From a virus (Duplodnaviria > Caudoviricetes), in the IMG/VR virus record IMGVR_UViG_3300025723_000117, positions 1 through 33,704 of that record: a stretch of 33,704 nt of DNA, one strand, 5' to 3'. Shown here in pieces: positions 1-7,674 of this stretch. The notes beneath the pieces are model-generated. The model was not told the DNA's origin and made no database searches. It worked only from the letters and a program-made list of their open reading frames with translations. Both the position numbers and the translations under genes were made by a program. Numbering within the stretch: the first letter of the stretch is position 1; every line of letters starts with the position of its first letter.

Positions 1-1
1 C

Positions 2-316
2 CAGGCAAAGGCCAACCTTGCGGCTGCGGTTGCACAGCTTGCAAAGGATGAGGCGGCGCTCGGCTACGCCCGGCTGAGCAGTGGACGCCAGAAACAGCTC
101 GCGGCCGCCGACTCCACGTCTGGCGACGCCGTCGACGCCGCCGCCAACACCCTGTCGGCCTCTGTCACCTCTCTCCAGACTGCTGCGGCTGCTGCTGAAG
201 CTGCCAAGGCCAATGGTGCCGCCGACGAGGCCGCTGTGACTGCTGCCACGCAGGGCATCCAAGCTGCTGCCGCTTCTCTGGCCAGCATCGCAACCGCCCT
301 GACCCCGACCGCTTGA
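2..316 (+). CDS. 3' end of Ala-rich coiled-coil protein (partial, starts before window)
   Basis: Frame 2 is open from the window start to TGA 314-316 (QAKANLAAAVAQLAK...LASIATALTPTA*); phage-like codon use; followed by a hairpin. Confidence 0.75.
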   Translation, partial: QAKANLAAAVAQLAKDEAALGYARLSSGRQKQLAAADSTSGDAVDAAANTLSASVTSLQTAAAAAEAAKANGAADEAAVTAATQGIQAAAASLASIATALTPTA

Positions 317-331
317 TTAAGCAACGATTAA
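317..331. promoter_or_regulatory. Candidate CtrA box (TTAA-N7-TTAA)
   Basis: TTAA gcaacga TTAA, exact match to the alphaproteobacterial CtrA consensus, intergenic. Confidence 0.45.
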
Positions 332-332
332 G

Positions 333-356
333 CCCCTCCGGTTAATTCCGGAGGGG
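333..356 (+). terminator. GC-rich hairpin, possible terminator
   Basis: CCCCTCCGG-ttaatt-CCGGAGGGG; U-tract is weak. Confidence 0.5.
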
Positions 357-377
357 TCTGTTACATGTGGGGGTGAT

Positions 378-641
378 ATGAGCGATGGAGCGATACCCAC
401 ATGGGCGGATATCGTGGCCTTGGGAGGTGCGGCATTGTCAGCAGCTTACAGTTGGGGCGTGGTCGGTCAGAAGGTGAAGAGCCTTGAGGACGACCTGAAG
501 GAACAGAAGAAGGCGCACGACGCCTTGACGGCTTCAGCCACCCAGATGAGCCAGAGCGTTGTCCGCCTTGAGTCGGGCATGGCCAGCATTGAGAAGCTCC
601 TGACAGAGGTCAGGAACGCCGTCCTCTACAAGCCTCACTAA
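378..641 (+). CDS. Membrane-anchored coiled-coil protein (holin/XhlA-like lysis accessory)
   Basis: N-terminal hydrophobic helix (IVALGGAALSAAYSWGVV) followed by a heptad coiled coil. Confidence 0.55.
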   Translation: MSDGAIPTWADIVALGGAALSAAYSWGVVGQKVKSLEDDLKEQKKAHDALTASATQMSQSVVRLESGMASIEKLLTEVRNAVLYKPH

Positions 642-844
642 ACCTCAACCACCTTGGTCTTCGCAGCCTTCGCGTGACCGCCCATACGGGCGCAGTCTTT
701 CGCCAGAGTTCCGTCCTTGTAGTACATGCGCTTCTCGGCAGGGACGCTGGCCCCACCCTTGGATGCAAATTCCAGCATCTTCTCGCGCGGCATGGCAGCA
801 AAGCCTCTGCGCGCCTTGGGTTTCTGGATCACTTGATCAGTCAT
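638..844 (-). CDS. KGG-repeat general stress protein (GsiB/YciG/Con-10-like)
   Basis: RRGFAAMPREKMLEFASKGG motif. Confidence 0.75.
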   Translation of the reverse strand: MTDQVIQKPKARRGFAAMPREKMLEFASKGGASVPAEKRMYYKDGTLAKDCARMGGHAKAAKTKVVEV

Positions 845-851
845 TGGTCTC

Positions 852-1112
852 TCACTGGGTTGGGATCAACAGGCGGAATGCGTTCTCCCCTTCCGGGATC
901 ATCGGCAGGGTCAACCACAGCCCGTCATCGCTGACGAACGGTTCGTTGAACTCGCCTTGCGGCTTGAAGCGACCCAACCACCGCATCATCACACCACAGT
1001 CGGCGCAGCGAGCCGCGATGTCCGTGTGGATGATGTTCGTTCCCGGCTGGGTCAGTCCGGCCACGTCGTATTCGATGTTGGCGTGTTCGCAGGCGGTGGT
1101 CTCTTCGGTCAT
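852..1112 (-). CDS. Hypothetical protein (CxH...CxxC)
   Basis: MTEETTACEH...; AAGGAG SD upstream of ATG at 1112. Confidence 0.65.
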   Translation of the reverse strand: MTEETTACEHANIEYDVAGLTQPGTNIIHTDIAARCADCGVMMRWLGRFKPQGEFNEPFVSDDGLWLTLPMIPEGENAFRLLIPTQ

Positions 1113-1153
1113 GGGGGGGGGCACTCCTTTACGGTCAAGGTAGCCACTCAGGG

Positions 1154-1372
1154 CTACACATTCAAGCGGTAGTGGTTGATAAGCAGGGCGGCACACAATT
1201 CGTGGCGTTGAGCGTCCTTTTCGCTCGACGCGGTGACGGTTTCGAAACGGTGCCTGCTCCAGCCGTAGGGCTTCTTGCGCCAGTAGCGCACTTCGGAGGC
1301 TTGGTGGATGTGCCACAACGCCTTCTCGGTCGGCGTCATGGCTTCGTACTCAGGGTTCGACAACAGGCTCAT
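1154..1372 (-). CDS. Hypothetical protein
   Basis: 72-aa ORF, AAGGAGG SD. Confidence 0.65.
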   Translation of the reverse strand: MSLLSNPEYEAMTPTEKALWHIHQASEVRYWRKKPYGWSRHRFETVTASSEKDAQRHELCAALLINHYRLNV

Positions 1373-1595
1373 CGGTGCCCTCCTTGGTCTTCAGCGGCAC
1401 GAACTGGCCTCGCTCCTTCTGTCCGTCAGCCAGAGATCGGAGGACTTGAGCCAGCGCGATGATGGCGTCGGTCGGGATCGTCTCCTTCTCTCCAGAGCAT
1501 TCGATGGAGGTGACGACCGACCCGTCGTCGTAGTGCACTTCGATCACGTCACCCCGGAAGAGGGTGATTCGGCTGGTCTCTGTCTTGGCGATCAT
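1350..1595 (-). CDS. Hypothetical protein
   Basis: MIAKTETSR..., CAGGAG SD upstream of 1595. Confidence 0.65.
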   Translation of the reverse strand: MIAKTETSRITLFRGDVIEVHYDDGSVVTSIECSGEKETIPTDAIIALAQVLRSLADGQKERGQFVPLKTKEGTDEPVVEP

Positions 1596-2143
1596 GATGT
1601 GTCTCCTGTTGCGGTCGCTCCGCGCTGGCTCGTCCCTCGTCCCGCTTCGCGTTCCGAGAGACATGTTCGATTTTCGGCTGAAACTTAACCTGTCTGACGG
1701 TTAAGGTAAGGGAAAGCCGATTCCCTTTACATGTGGTGGGCTCGAATCGCCCCCCTACCCCCCATAGCTGCGCACGGGGGGTCTATGTGGTTGAATTTTA
1801 ATAAGAAAGTTGGTCGACAAGATGCAGGGCGTATGCGGGCCGCATCCTGTTTGGCTGTTTCGGGGGCTGCACTCTGGGGCGTTGGCTGAGCCACATTCCC
1901 CTCTTGATCGCCTAGGCCCGCTATCGCAATGGCTTGTGTCGGGGAGAGGGTTCACCTACTATCGGTGCTGGCCTCACCCGCGTGGCCATTAGAACAGTTC
2001 TGGTGCCGCCAGTTCTGCTCTGCGGGGGGTGGAGAGTGAACGCTCTCCCCCCCGCGCCCTTCCAACATCCCCCCGACTTTCGCGCGCGTCAAGCCCGTGG
2101 TACCTTGAGGTGTGCACACTCTAACCCCTGACAGGAGGCCTTT

Positions 2144-2281
2144 ATGAGCATGGATAAGCCGGGTCACATGGCGGACAAGGTCCGTTCCTACAACCCGAAC
2201 CGCCATCCGCCGACCCCGGAGCGTTTCAGCGCCCGGTCGAATCTGCGGAAGAGCGCAAAGCGCGCTTCGCATCGCGCCTGA
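2144..2281 (+). CDS. Small basic protein (45 aa)
   Basis: AGGAGG SD; MSMDKPGHMADKVRSYNPNRHPPTPERFSARSNLRKSAKRASHRA*; below the ORF-track cutoff. Confidence 0.65.
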   Translation: MSMDKPGHMADKVRSYNPNRHPPTPERFSARSNLRKSAKRASHRA

Positions 2282-2340
2282 CAAAGTCCCGTGGGGCGTT
2301 GCCCCCACCCACGGGCACCCATTCCTGAACCGGGGCCGAC

Positions 2341-4422
2341 ATGGCTGACGACGCGCAATCCATCGCCCAACTTCTCGCCCGCCCGGACTACATGGACCCG
2401 CGACAATTTGTCGCAGCCCCGCCGGTAGCGAGAGCCGTCCGACCCACCCTCCAAGAGCACCTTTTCAATCTGGCCCAGCGCACAGTTGGCCCGAAGTGGG
2501 CAAATGCGGCTGAGCCCCTTCTCAACATGGTGCCGTTCACGGGCGTCGAAGAGGGCTACCGCCAGTCTCGCTCCCCCGATCCTCTCACCCGGAACCTTGG
2601 TGGCCTTCAGGTCGCAGCGGGCGTCATCCCCGGCCTGAACAACCCGATAGAGAAGGCGGGCGTGAAGGTCGCTGAGAAGGTCATGGGTGAGGAAGCGCTC
2701 AAATCCATGAAGGCGCTGGAGCCGTCCCTGAACCAGAAGGTGGCCAAGGTGGTCGCCAACAAGGGGAAGCTAGCCAAGGGGCTCTACATGGCCCCTCCCG
2801 GCGACAAGATGCCGCCTCAGCCGCCCGTCCTCGCTCCGCACGTCGAGAAGCTGAAGGAAGTGGCCGGGATGAAGGCCATCCTGCCGTACCTTCAACCTGA
2901 TGAAGCGGCCAAGCTGCGCGCCCACACCGCCAGCAACTTTGTGAACCTGTTCAGCAGCCTTCCCGACGCCAAGGAGATGGCCTCCGTCGCCTATTCGGGT
3001 CGGGCCAAGAAGGGTTGGTACCAGAACAGCGCAGCCGCCTTGCGTGAGGTGTTCGGACCCATCGACGCGCCGCGCTTCACGGCTGTGCTGGCCGCGACCT
3101 CCCCCCAGACCAGTGTCGAGAGCAACACGATCAACGCGCTCCGCATCTGGACCAACTGGGACGCCGCCGGTCGCCCGACAGACCCAGCCGCCATCAAGGC
3201 CATCGTGGGTCGCAGCGTTCAGGGCAAGAAGGGCGAGGAGAGCGTCCTAGACTCGTGGCTCCCGAACACCATCCGCGCCCTGACGGCGGAAGACCCGGCA
3301 TCCATGCGGATCAGCGGTCCCAAGGTGAACAGCTTCATGCTGAACCTTCAGGACTACGTGCATGAGGTGACCAACGACGCGTGGCAGGCCACGTACATGG
3401 GCATCCCGAAGAACAGCTTCACCAACAGCGCGAAGAAGCGCGAGATCGCGGGCAAGAGCCCGATGTACTCGGCTGCCAACGCCAAGGCCCGTCAGGCCGC
3501 TGAAATCCTGTCCAAGCGCACCGGAGAGAAGTGGACCCCGGCTGAGGTGCAGGAGACGATCTGGTCGTGGGCCAAGACCCTGTACGAGCAGCGCTCGTCC
3601 GCTGGCGAAGACCGGACCATGAAGCAGATACTGGCCGCTGGCGGGCTGACCCACGAAGCCATCGGCGCGACCCCCGATTTTGAAAAGCTGTTCATCGACG
3701 GCGTGTACCGAAACATTCTGGAGCAAGGCGGATATGCCCCCCAAGTCAGAACCCTCGAATCCCTTGTCGCAGGCCGTGCACCAACTGCTGGACTTGCAGG
3801 CCTCACGGGCAATGCAGCAGCACCAGAAGGCGCAGGCATTGCTGCAGATGCTTTCACCCGAGACCTCAATAGAGCCGCAGGCCGAATTGAGGGGGTCAGA
3901 AATGACAGGCTTGCCGCCGCAGCCCTAGAGGCCGAACAGAAGAAGGCCCTTCAGGCCATGCCGCTGGACCAGCAATTGGCGCAGATGGTCATGCAGAAGG
4001 GCAAGGTGAAATTCGCGCCAGAGGGTGAGTCGCCAACTCTGGCAGAACTGACCAACCGTGTGCGCGGCCCCGGCGGCGGCTTCACCTATCAGCCCGTCAC
4101 CGAGAACCAGCCCACCCACGGCTACGCGGTCGGGGTGAACTCCGAGAAGTACGGTCAGGTGTTCGATGAGGCCGACTTCAATCAGGACCACATCGTGGAC
4201 TTTGTCCTGAAGAACCGCCAACTGCTGCGCGATCCGGCCTATCACGTCGGCGCGTGGAACGATGATGGAAAGGTCTACCTCGACATCTCTGCCATCGCGA
4301 AAACGCCTGAGGAGGCGGTTGCATTGTCAAGGCAGCATGACCAAATAGCATACTATGACCTCAACAAGGGGGTCAGCGTCGATGTCGATAGATCGGCCAC
4401 GTCAGGAGGACTGAAGAAATGA
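2341..4422 (+). CDS. Multidomain (polyvalent-type) phage protein: central helical/HhH-glycosylase-like domain plus C-terminal domain
   Basis: 693-aa ORF; WY..LAATSPQ..GPKVNSF..NL..VTNDAW motif set; C-terminal GAWND..YLDIS..A...Q.AYYDL. Confidence 0.6.
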   Translation: MADDAQSIAQLLARPDYMDPRQFVAAPPVARAVRPTLQEHLFNLAQRTVGPKWANAAEPLLNMVPFTGVEEGYRQSRSPDPLTRNLGGLQVAAGVIPGLNNPIEKAGVKVAEKVMGEEALKSMKALEPSLNQKVAKVVANKGKLAKGLYMAPPGDKMPPQPPVLAPHVEKLKEVAGMKAILPYLQPDEAAKLRAHTASNFVNLFSSLPDAKEMASVAYSGRAKKGWYQNSAAALREVFGPIDAPRFTAVLAATSPQTSVESNTINALRIWTNWDAAGRPTDPAAIKAIVGRSVQGKKGEESVLDSWLPNTIRALTAEDPASMRISGPKVNSFMLNLQDYVHEVTNDAWQATYMGIPKNSFTNSAKKREIAGKSPMYSAANAKARQAAEILSKRTGEKWTPAEVQETIWSWAKTLYEQRSSAGEDRTMKQILAAGGLTHEAIGATPDFEKLFIDGVYRNILEQGGYAPQVRTLESLVAGRAPTAGLAGLTGNAAAPEGAGIAADAFTRDLNRAAGRIEGVRNDRLAAAALEAEQKKALQAMPLDQQLAQMVMQKGKVKFAPEGESPTLAELTNRVRGPGGGFTYQPVTENQPTHGYAVGVNSEKYGQVFDEADFNQDHIVDFVLKNRQLLRDPAYHVGAWNDDGKVYLDISAIAKTPEEAVALSRQHDQIAYYDLNKGVSVDVDRSATSGGLKK
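3734..3928 (+). CDS. Possible nested +1-frame ORF (64 aa) inside the 693-aa gene
   Basis: MPPKSEPSNPLSQAVHQLLDLQ...; G/C-ending codons in this frame where the host frame switches to A/T-ending codons. Confidence 0.4.
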   Translation: MPPKSEPSNPLSQAVHQLLDLQASRAMQQHQKAQALLQMLSPETSIEPQAELRGSEMTGLPPQP

Positions 4423-4574
4423 CCAAGCGGAAGAAACCATCGTTCACCACCTCACCCGCGCATGACATTGAATCCATGGAGCGGTTCATCATGAAGATGA
4501 CGGGCGAGAAGCTGACCCCGGCCAACCGGGCGAAGATCGAAGCGGCGCTTGCCGCTGATTCCCAGAAACAGTAG
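4419..4574 (+). CDS. Small hypothetical protein (51 aa), translationally coupled
   Basis: ATGA overlap with the upstream stop, AGGAGG SD; MTKRKKPSFTTSPAHDIESMERFIMKMTGEKL... Confidence 0.7.
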   Translation: MTKRKKPSFTTSPAHDIESMERFIMKMTGEKLTPANRAKIEAALAADSQKQ

Positions 4575-4609
4575 GCTGGCGGTAACTCTCAGCCTAGGAA
4601 CTTAGAGCC

Positions 4610-4640
4610 GGGGGTCACATCCGTTGTGACCCCCTATTTC
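4610..4640 (+). terminator. Terminator-like hairpin just before the tRNA
   Basis: GGGGGTCACA-tccgt-TGTGACCCCC then TATTT. Confidence 0.5.
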
Positions 4641-4642
4641 AT

Positions 4643-4717
4643 GGTCCCGTAGCTTAATGGTAAAGCAGACGACTCTTAATCGTCCGAGTGTAGGTTCAAC
4701 CCCTACCGGGATCACCA
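4643..4717 (+). tRNA. tRNA-Lys(CTT)
   Basis: Acceptor GGTCCCG/CGGGATC, D-arm GCTT/AAGC, anticodon stem GACGA/TCGTC with loop CTCTTAA, T-arm GTAGG-TTCAACC-CCTAC, encoded CCA. Confidence 0.95.
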
Positions 4718-6181
4718 TCACGCCAGACGCTGGTTTTCCCTGAACCGCCGGTCATCGGCGCAGAACTCCATCTCCACCTCTCCCGGCTTCCCGATGATGT
4801 CGTGGTAGCGCGACTTGGCCACTTTGATGATGGTGGTCTCCTTCGTCTCCCGGTGGACGATCAGCCCTATGTCGGCCTTGTTGTAGAAGTTCGATGACCC
4901 GCTGATCTCGTACAGGCTGGGCATCTGGTACTTCCCGTTCACCTTCTGCAAGCTGCGGGGGTGGGCAACGAGGATCAGGTGGACCTGAAAGACCCGCGCG
5001 AACCGCTTCAGGGTCTTGATGGCGCGGCCCGTGTACTCGGTCTCGTTCTCGCCCCGGTCGCGCTCATGCTGCAGTTCGTTCCAAGGGTCGATCACGATCA
5101 CCTTGGCCCCATGCTGCACCACGGCCCCCTCCATGCACGTCAGGAGCCATTCGAGGGTGGGGTCGTCGTCGTCCCCGGCCATGATGAAGACGTGATGTTC
5201 ATCAATCCACCGGTCGGCTTCAGCCTTCTCCTCAGGGGTCATCTTGCGCGGGAGCATCTCCAGATACCATGAGCGCAGGGCGCGCCTGTGATCGCGCTGC
5301 GGAGCCTGTTCAAAGCTGGCCCATGCCACCTTGATCCCGTGCGTCTTCGCGACCCGGCAGCACAGGTCGTTCACGAAGCTGGTCTTCCCGAAGCCGGGCA
5401 CGCCGGTCACGACCGCCAGATCGCCCAGCCGCATCTTGTAATTGTCCGACAGCAGGCTGAACCCAATGTCGTAGATCGTCTGGGGCGGCAGGGGCGGCAG
5501 TTCGGACATCTTGTAGACGCCCTCCACCCGAATGAACTGAGCGCGGTCCACGGTCCTCACGACGCCCTGTGCGCCGTACTCCTGCAGCACCTCGTTCAGG
5601 TCTTTGCAGCGCTCCCTGTCGCGCCCCGGCCAGCGGGTCTTGGGGTAGGTCAGGAACTTGCACCGGGTCTTCCCGAACAGCAGGGCCAGTTCGTGCATCA
5701 ACTGGCTCCCGGCGTCGTCCCCGTCCGTCGCGAGGATCACCTCAGGGACCTTGTCCTTGCGGCACAGGTCCGCAATCTGTCGGAACCACTCGTAGGCCTT
5801 GGCGTCCCTGATCTCGGCTTCTGAGCGCGTCCCCGACGAGCCCCCGCAGCCATTGGGCACGGAGATGACCTTCTCGTAGCCAGCGGCCAGAGCCGCCTCG
5901 CAATCCATCTCGCCCTCTGTGACGATCAGGGGTCGGCCTTCCAGCGCCGGATCGCGCAGGCAGTCGGTGTTGTAGGCGACAGGGCCCTCGACCCAGCGGG
6001 CGGTCCACTTCGGCTCCCCGGAAAACCGGCGGAACTTCTCGCCCGCGACCACCCCCTTGCTCACGAAGGGGATGGCTAGCACTTCACCACCATCTCGACC
6101 GGGTTCGACGTTCCACCCCTTGCCCGCGAGGCGCTCCACGTTGAGCCCCCGGCCCTCCAGAACTTCCCATGTCGTCGTCAT
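4718..6181 (-). CDS. Twinkle/T7 gp4-like primase-helicase (TOPRIM + SF4 helicase), lacking the Zn-binding domain
   Basis: TEGEMD, SVPNG, ATDGDDAG, KDLNE; Walker A GVPGFGKT, VIDPWN, LVAHP, ISGSSNFYNKAD. Confidence 0.92.
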   Translation of the reverse strand: MTTTWEVLEGRGLNVERLAGKGWNVEPGRDGGEVLAIPFVSKGVVAGEKFRRFSGEPKWTARWVEGPVAYNTDCLRDPALEGRPLIVTEGEMDCEAALAAGYEKVISVPNGCGGSSGTRSEAEIRDAKAYEWFRQIADLCRKDKVPEVILATDGDDAGSQLMHELALLFGKTRCKFLTYPKTRWPGRDRERCKDLNEVLQEYGAQGVVRTVDRAQFIRVEGVYKMSELPPLPPQTIYDIGFSLLSDNYKMRLGDLAVVTGVPGFGKTSFVNDLCCRVAKTHGIKVAWASFEQAPQRDHRRALRSWYLEMLPRKMTPEEKAEADRWIDEHHVFIMAGDDDDPTLEWLLTCMEGAVVQHGAKVIVIDPWNELQHERDRGENETEYTGRAIKTLKRFARVFQVHLILVAHPRSLQKVNGKYQMPSLYEISGSSNFYNKADIGLIVHRETKETTIIKVAKSRYHDIIGKPGEVEMEFCADDRRFRENQRLA

Positions 6182-6374
6182 AGACAGCCTCTCCCCACCC
6201 GCAGTGGAAACAATGAATCAGGACGTGATTGCTCTCCACCAACACGCTCAGGCACCGAGCCTTGCGGTTGCGTCTGGTGGGCGAACATTTCGGACATACG
6301 CTGTACTGGTTCCCGGCGCGGGATGGATTAAATACCACCCCCAGCGACTGCGCCTTGTCGATGGCCGTGCTCAC
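6084..6374 (-). CDS. Stand-alone primase zinc-binding domain
   Basis: CPKCS...RCLSV...HCFHCGW, typical of the Twinkle-type ZBD. Confidence 0.8.
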   Translation of the reverse strand: MSTAIDKAQSLGVVFNPSRAGNQYSVCPKCSPTRRNRKARCLSVLVESNHVLIHCFHCGWGEAVYDDDMGSSGGPGAQRGAPRGQGVERRTRSRWW

Positions 6375-6817
6375 ACGAAGCCGACGCGCTTGACGGCAAC
6401 GTCCTCCAACCAGACTTCCCAGCGCCCACTAGCCAGCCAGCGGTCTAGGGCGGGCGTGTAGGCCCCATCGTCCCTCTCCACGTCGGGAGACAGCACGTAG
6501 CGGTTGATGGCGTCCAGTAGCGCCTGTGGGCCGATCCTGCGGGAGATCATCTTGAACTGCGCCAGCGCCTTGGACTTGGACGACCGCCGCTTCCCGGCGA
6601 CTGGCCACATGCCCCACGCCTGATCGAAATAGGGTTCCGGGTTGTTGCGGCGGTCGAACGTGTCCGGGAGCAACACTGGCCGCTCCAACTCGTCGGCCAT
6701 CGCCACAAGGTAGCCCGCCAGCGTCAAACCACCGACTTCTGTGCGCAGCGGGCCTATAGCCTCCCTCAAAGTGTCCATCACTTGCGGATCAATTTTTTCT
6801 ATAGTAGGCGTCTTCAT
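6371..6817 (-). CDS. Replication initiator/replisome-organizer C-terminal-like protein
   Basis: FDQAWGMWP...K.KA...YTP.LDRWL..GRW resembles the phage replication-protein C-terminal motif; located next to the primase-helicase. Confidence 0.6.
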   Translation of the reverse strand: MKTPTIEKIDPQVMDTLREAIGPLRTEVGGLTLAGYLVAMADELERPVLLPDTFDRRNNPEPYFDQAWGMWPVAGKRRSSKSKALAQFKMISRRIGPQALLDAINRYVLSPDVERDDGAYTPALDRWLASGRWEVWLEDVAVKRVGFV

Positions 6818-6835
6818 GCGTATGTTCCTGATACT

Positions 6836-6864
6836 GCCGCCGGGTCAGACCGGCGGTTTTTTTT
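6836..6864 (+). terminator. Rho-independent terminator, oriented antisense to the flanking genes
   Basis: GCCGCCGG-gtcaga-CCGGCGGT followed by a T-run on the + strand. Confidence 0.6.
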
Positions 6865-7297
6865 ATGGGTGAATCTGGCGCACATCGACCATCACGCAGG
6901 GCTCGTCGGCGTAGAACTTGGCCACGGTGAACTGTGCCACCTGTGAGTCATCCGCGAACGCGACCTTGTTCAGCCCGTCGAGCACAGCCTTGCCGACGTT
7001 GTCCCCGTCAGGCTTCTTGATGTGCCGGATAAGCCCCTCTCGCATGGCCTGTAGGTGCTTCTTCGGCGTGGACTTCGGGATGGGGAAACAGCAGGTCACA
7101 GTCACCGACACAGCCCCTTTGATGGGAGCGCCGCCCCGCATGGCCACCTTGGCCGCAAGCGTCACAAGGTTCTCGTAGCTGGCGGTTTGGTCGTCGGTGT
7201 AGGTCTGCACGAACTTGCCCATGCGGCGGAACTTGGGCCTCCCCTTGCCCCTAGGGACGCCGGGGATGGTGAACAGAAATTCCGTTAATTCATTCAT
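6863..7297 (-). CDS. rusA: RusA-family Holliday junction resolvase
   Basis: PRGKGRPKF...KPDGDNVGKAVLDGLN..FADDSQV; start at MNELTEF. Confidence 0.9.
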   Translation of the reverse strand: MNELTEFLFTIPGVPRGKGRPKFRRMGKFVQTYTDDQTASYENLVTLAAKVAMRGGAPIKGAVSVTVTCCFPIPKSTPKKHLQAMREGLIRHIKKPDGDNVGKAVLDGLNKVAFADDSQVAQFTVAKFYADEPCVMVDVRQIHP

Positions 7298-7553
7298 CGG
7301 CCTCTCCATAGATTGTCCCATACTTGCCCTCTGGCATCTTGCGTTTCCGACCGGGCTTCTGCTTGTAACGGTACGCCACAACCTTCTCCATGCCCATCAC
7401 ATCCAAGATGGTGGAGGATGGAGAGCGCGTCCCCCTCAACACGTTGTGTAAAAAGCCGGTGTTGATACCATATCTAGAGCACCACTTGGTCACGCCGCCG
7501 ACGCGCTTGATCCGCATCTCCAGTAGATGGATAACCCTTTCTCGGTCGAACAT
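7290..7553 (-). CDS. Cro-like HTH DNA-binding protein
   Basis: GGVTKWCSRYGINTGFLHNVLRGTRSPS HTH pattern; first gene of the divergent unit. Confidence 0.7.
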   Translation of the reverse strand: MFDRERVIHLLEMRIKRVGGVTKWCSRYGINTGFLHNVLRGTRSPSSTILDVMGMEKVVAYRYKQKPGRKRKMPEGKYGTIYGEADE

Positions 7554-7579
7554 CTGGTTCCCCCTTTCGTCGGGGACAG

Positions 7580-7608
7580 AACGTATGCAGCGCCAAATTT
7601 AATATCAA
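7580..7608 (-). promoter_or_regulatory. Leftward sigma70-type promoter
   Basis: TTGATA-N17-TACGTT on the - strand. Confidence 0.6.
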
Positions 7609-7622
7609 GGTGGAATAAAAAC

Positions 7623-7650
7623 TTGACCTACGCTGAGGGCACCCTACCTT
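7623..7650 (+). promoter_or_regulatory. Rightward sigma70-type promoter
   Basis: TTGACC-N16-TACCTT, A-rich upstream; GAGGAG SD downstream. Confidence 0.6.
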
Positions 7651-7674
7651 AAGCGTGTCACAGAGGAGACGGCC

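Noticed and set aside
1113-1121. G9 run between SD and ATG as a phase-variation switch
   Set aside because: Single homopolymer with no evidence of length variation; could be chance or a sequencing artefact
4643-4717. tRNA as a prophage att site
   Set aside because: No integrase, no duplicated 3' end, and phage genes lie on both sides
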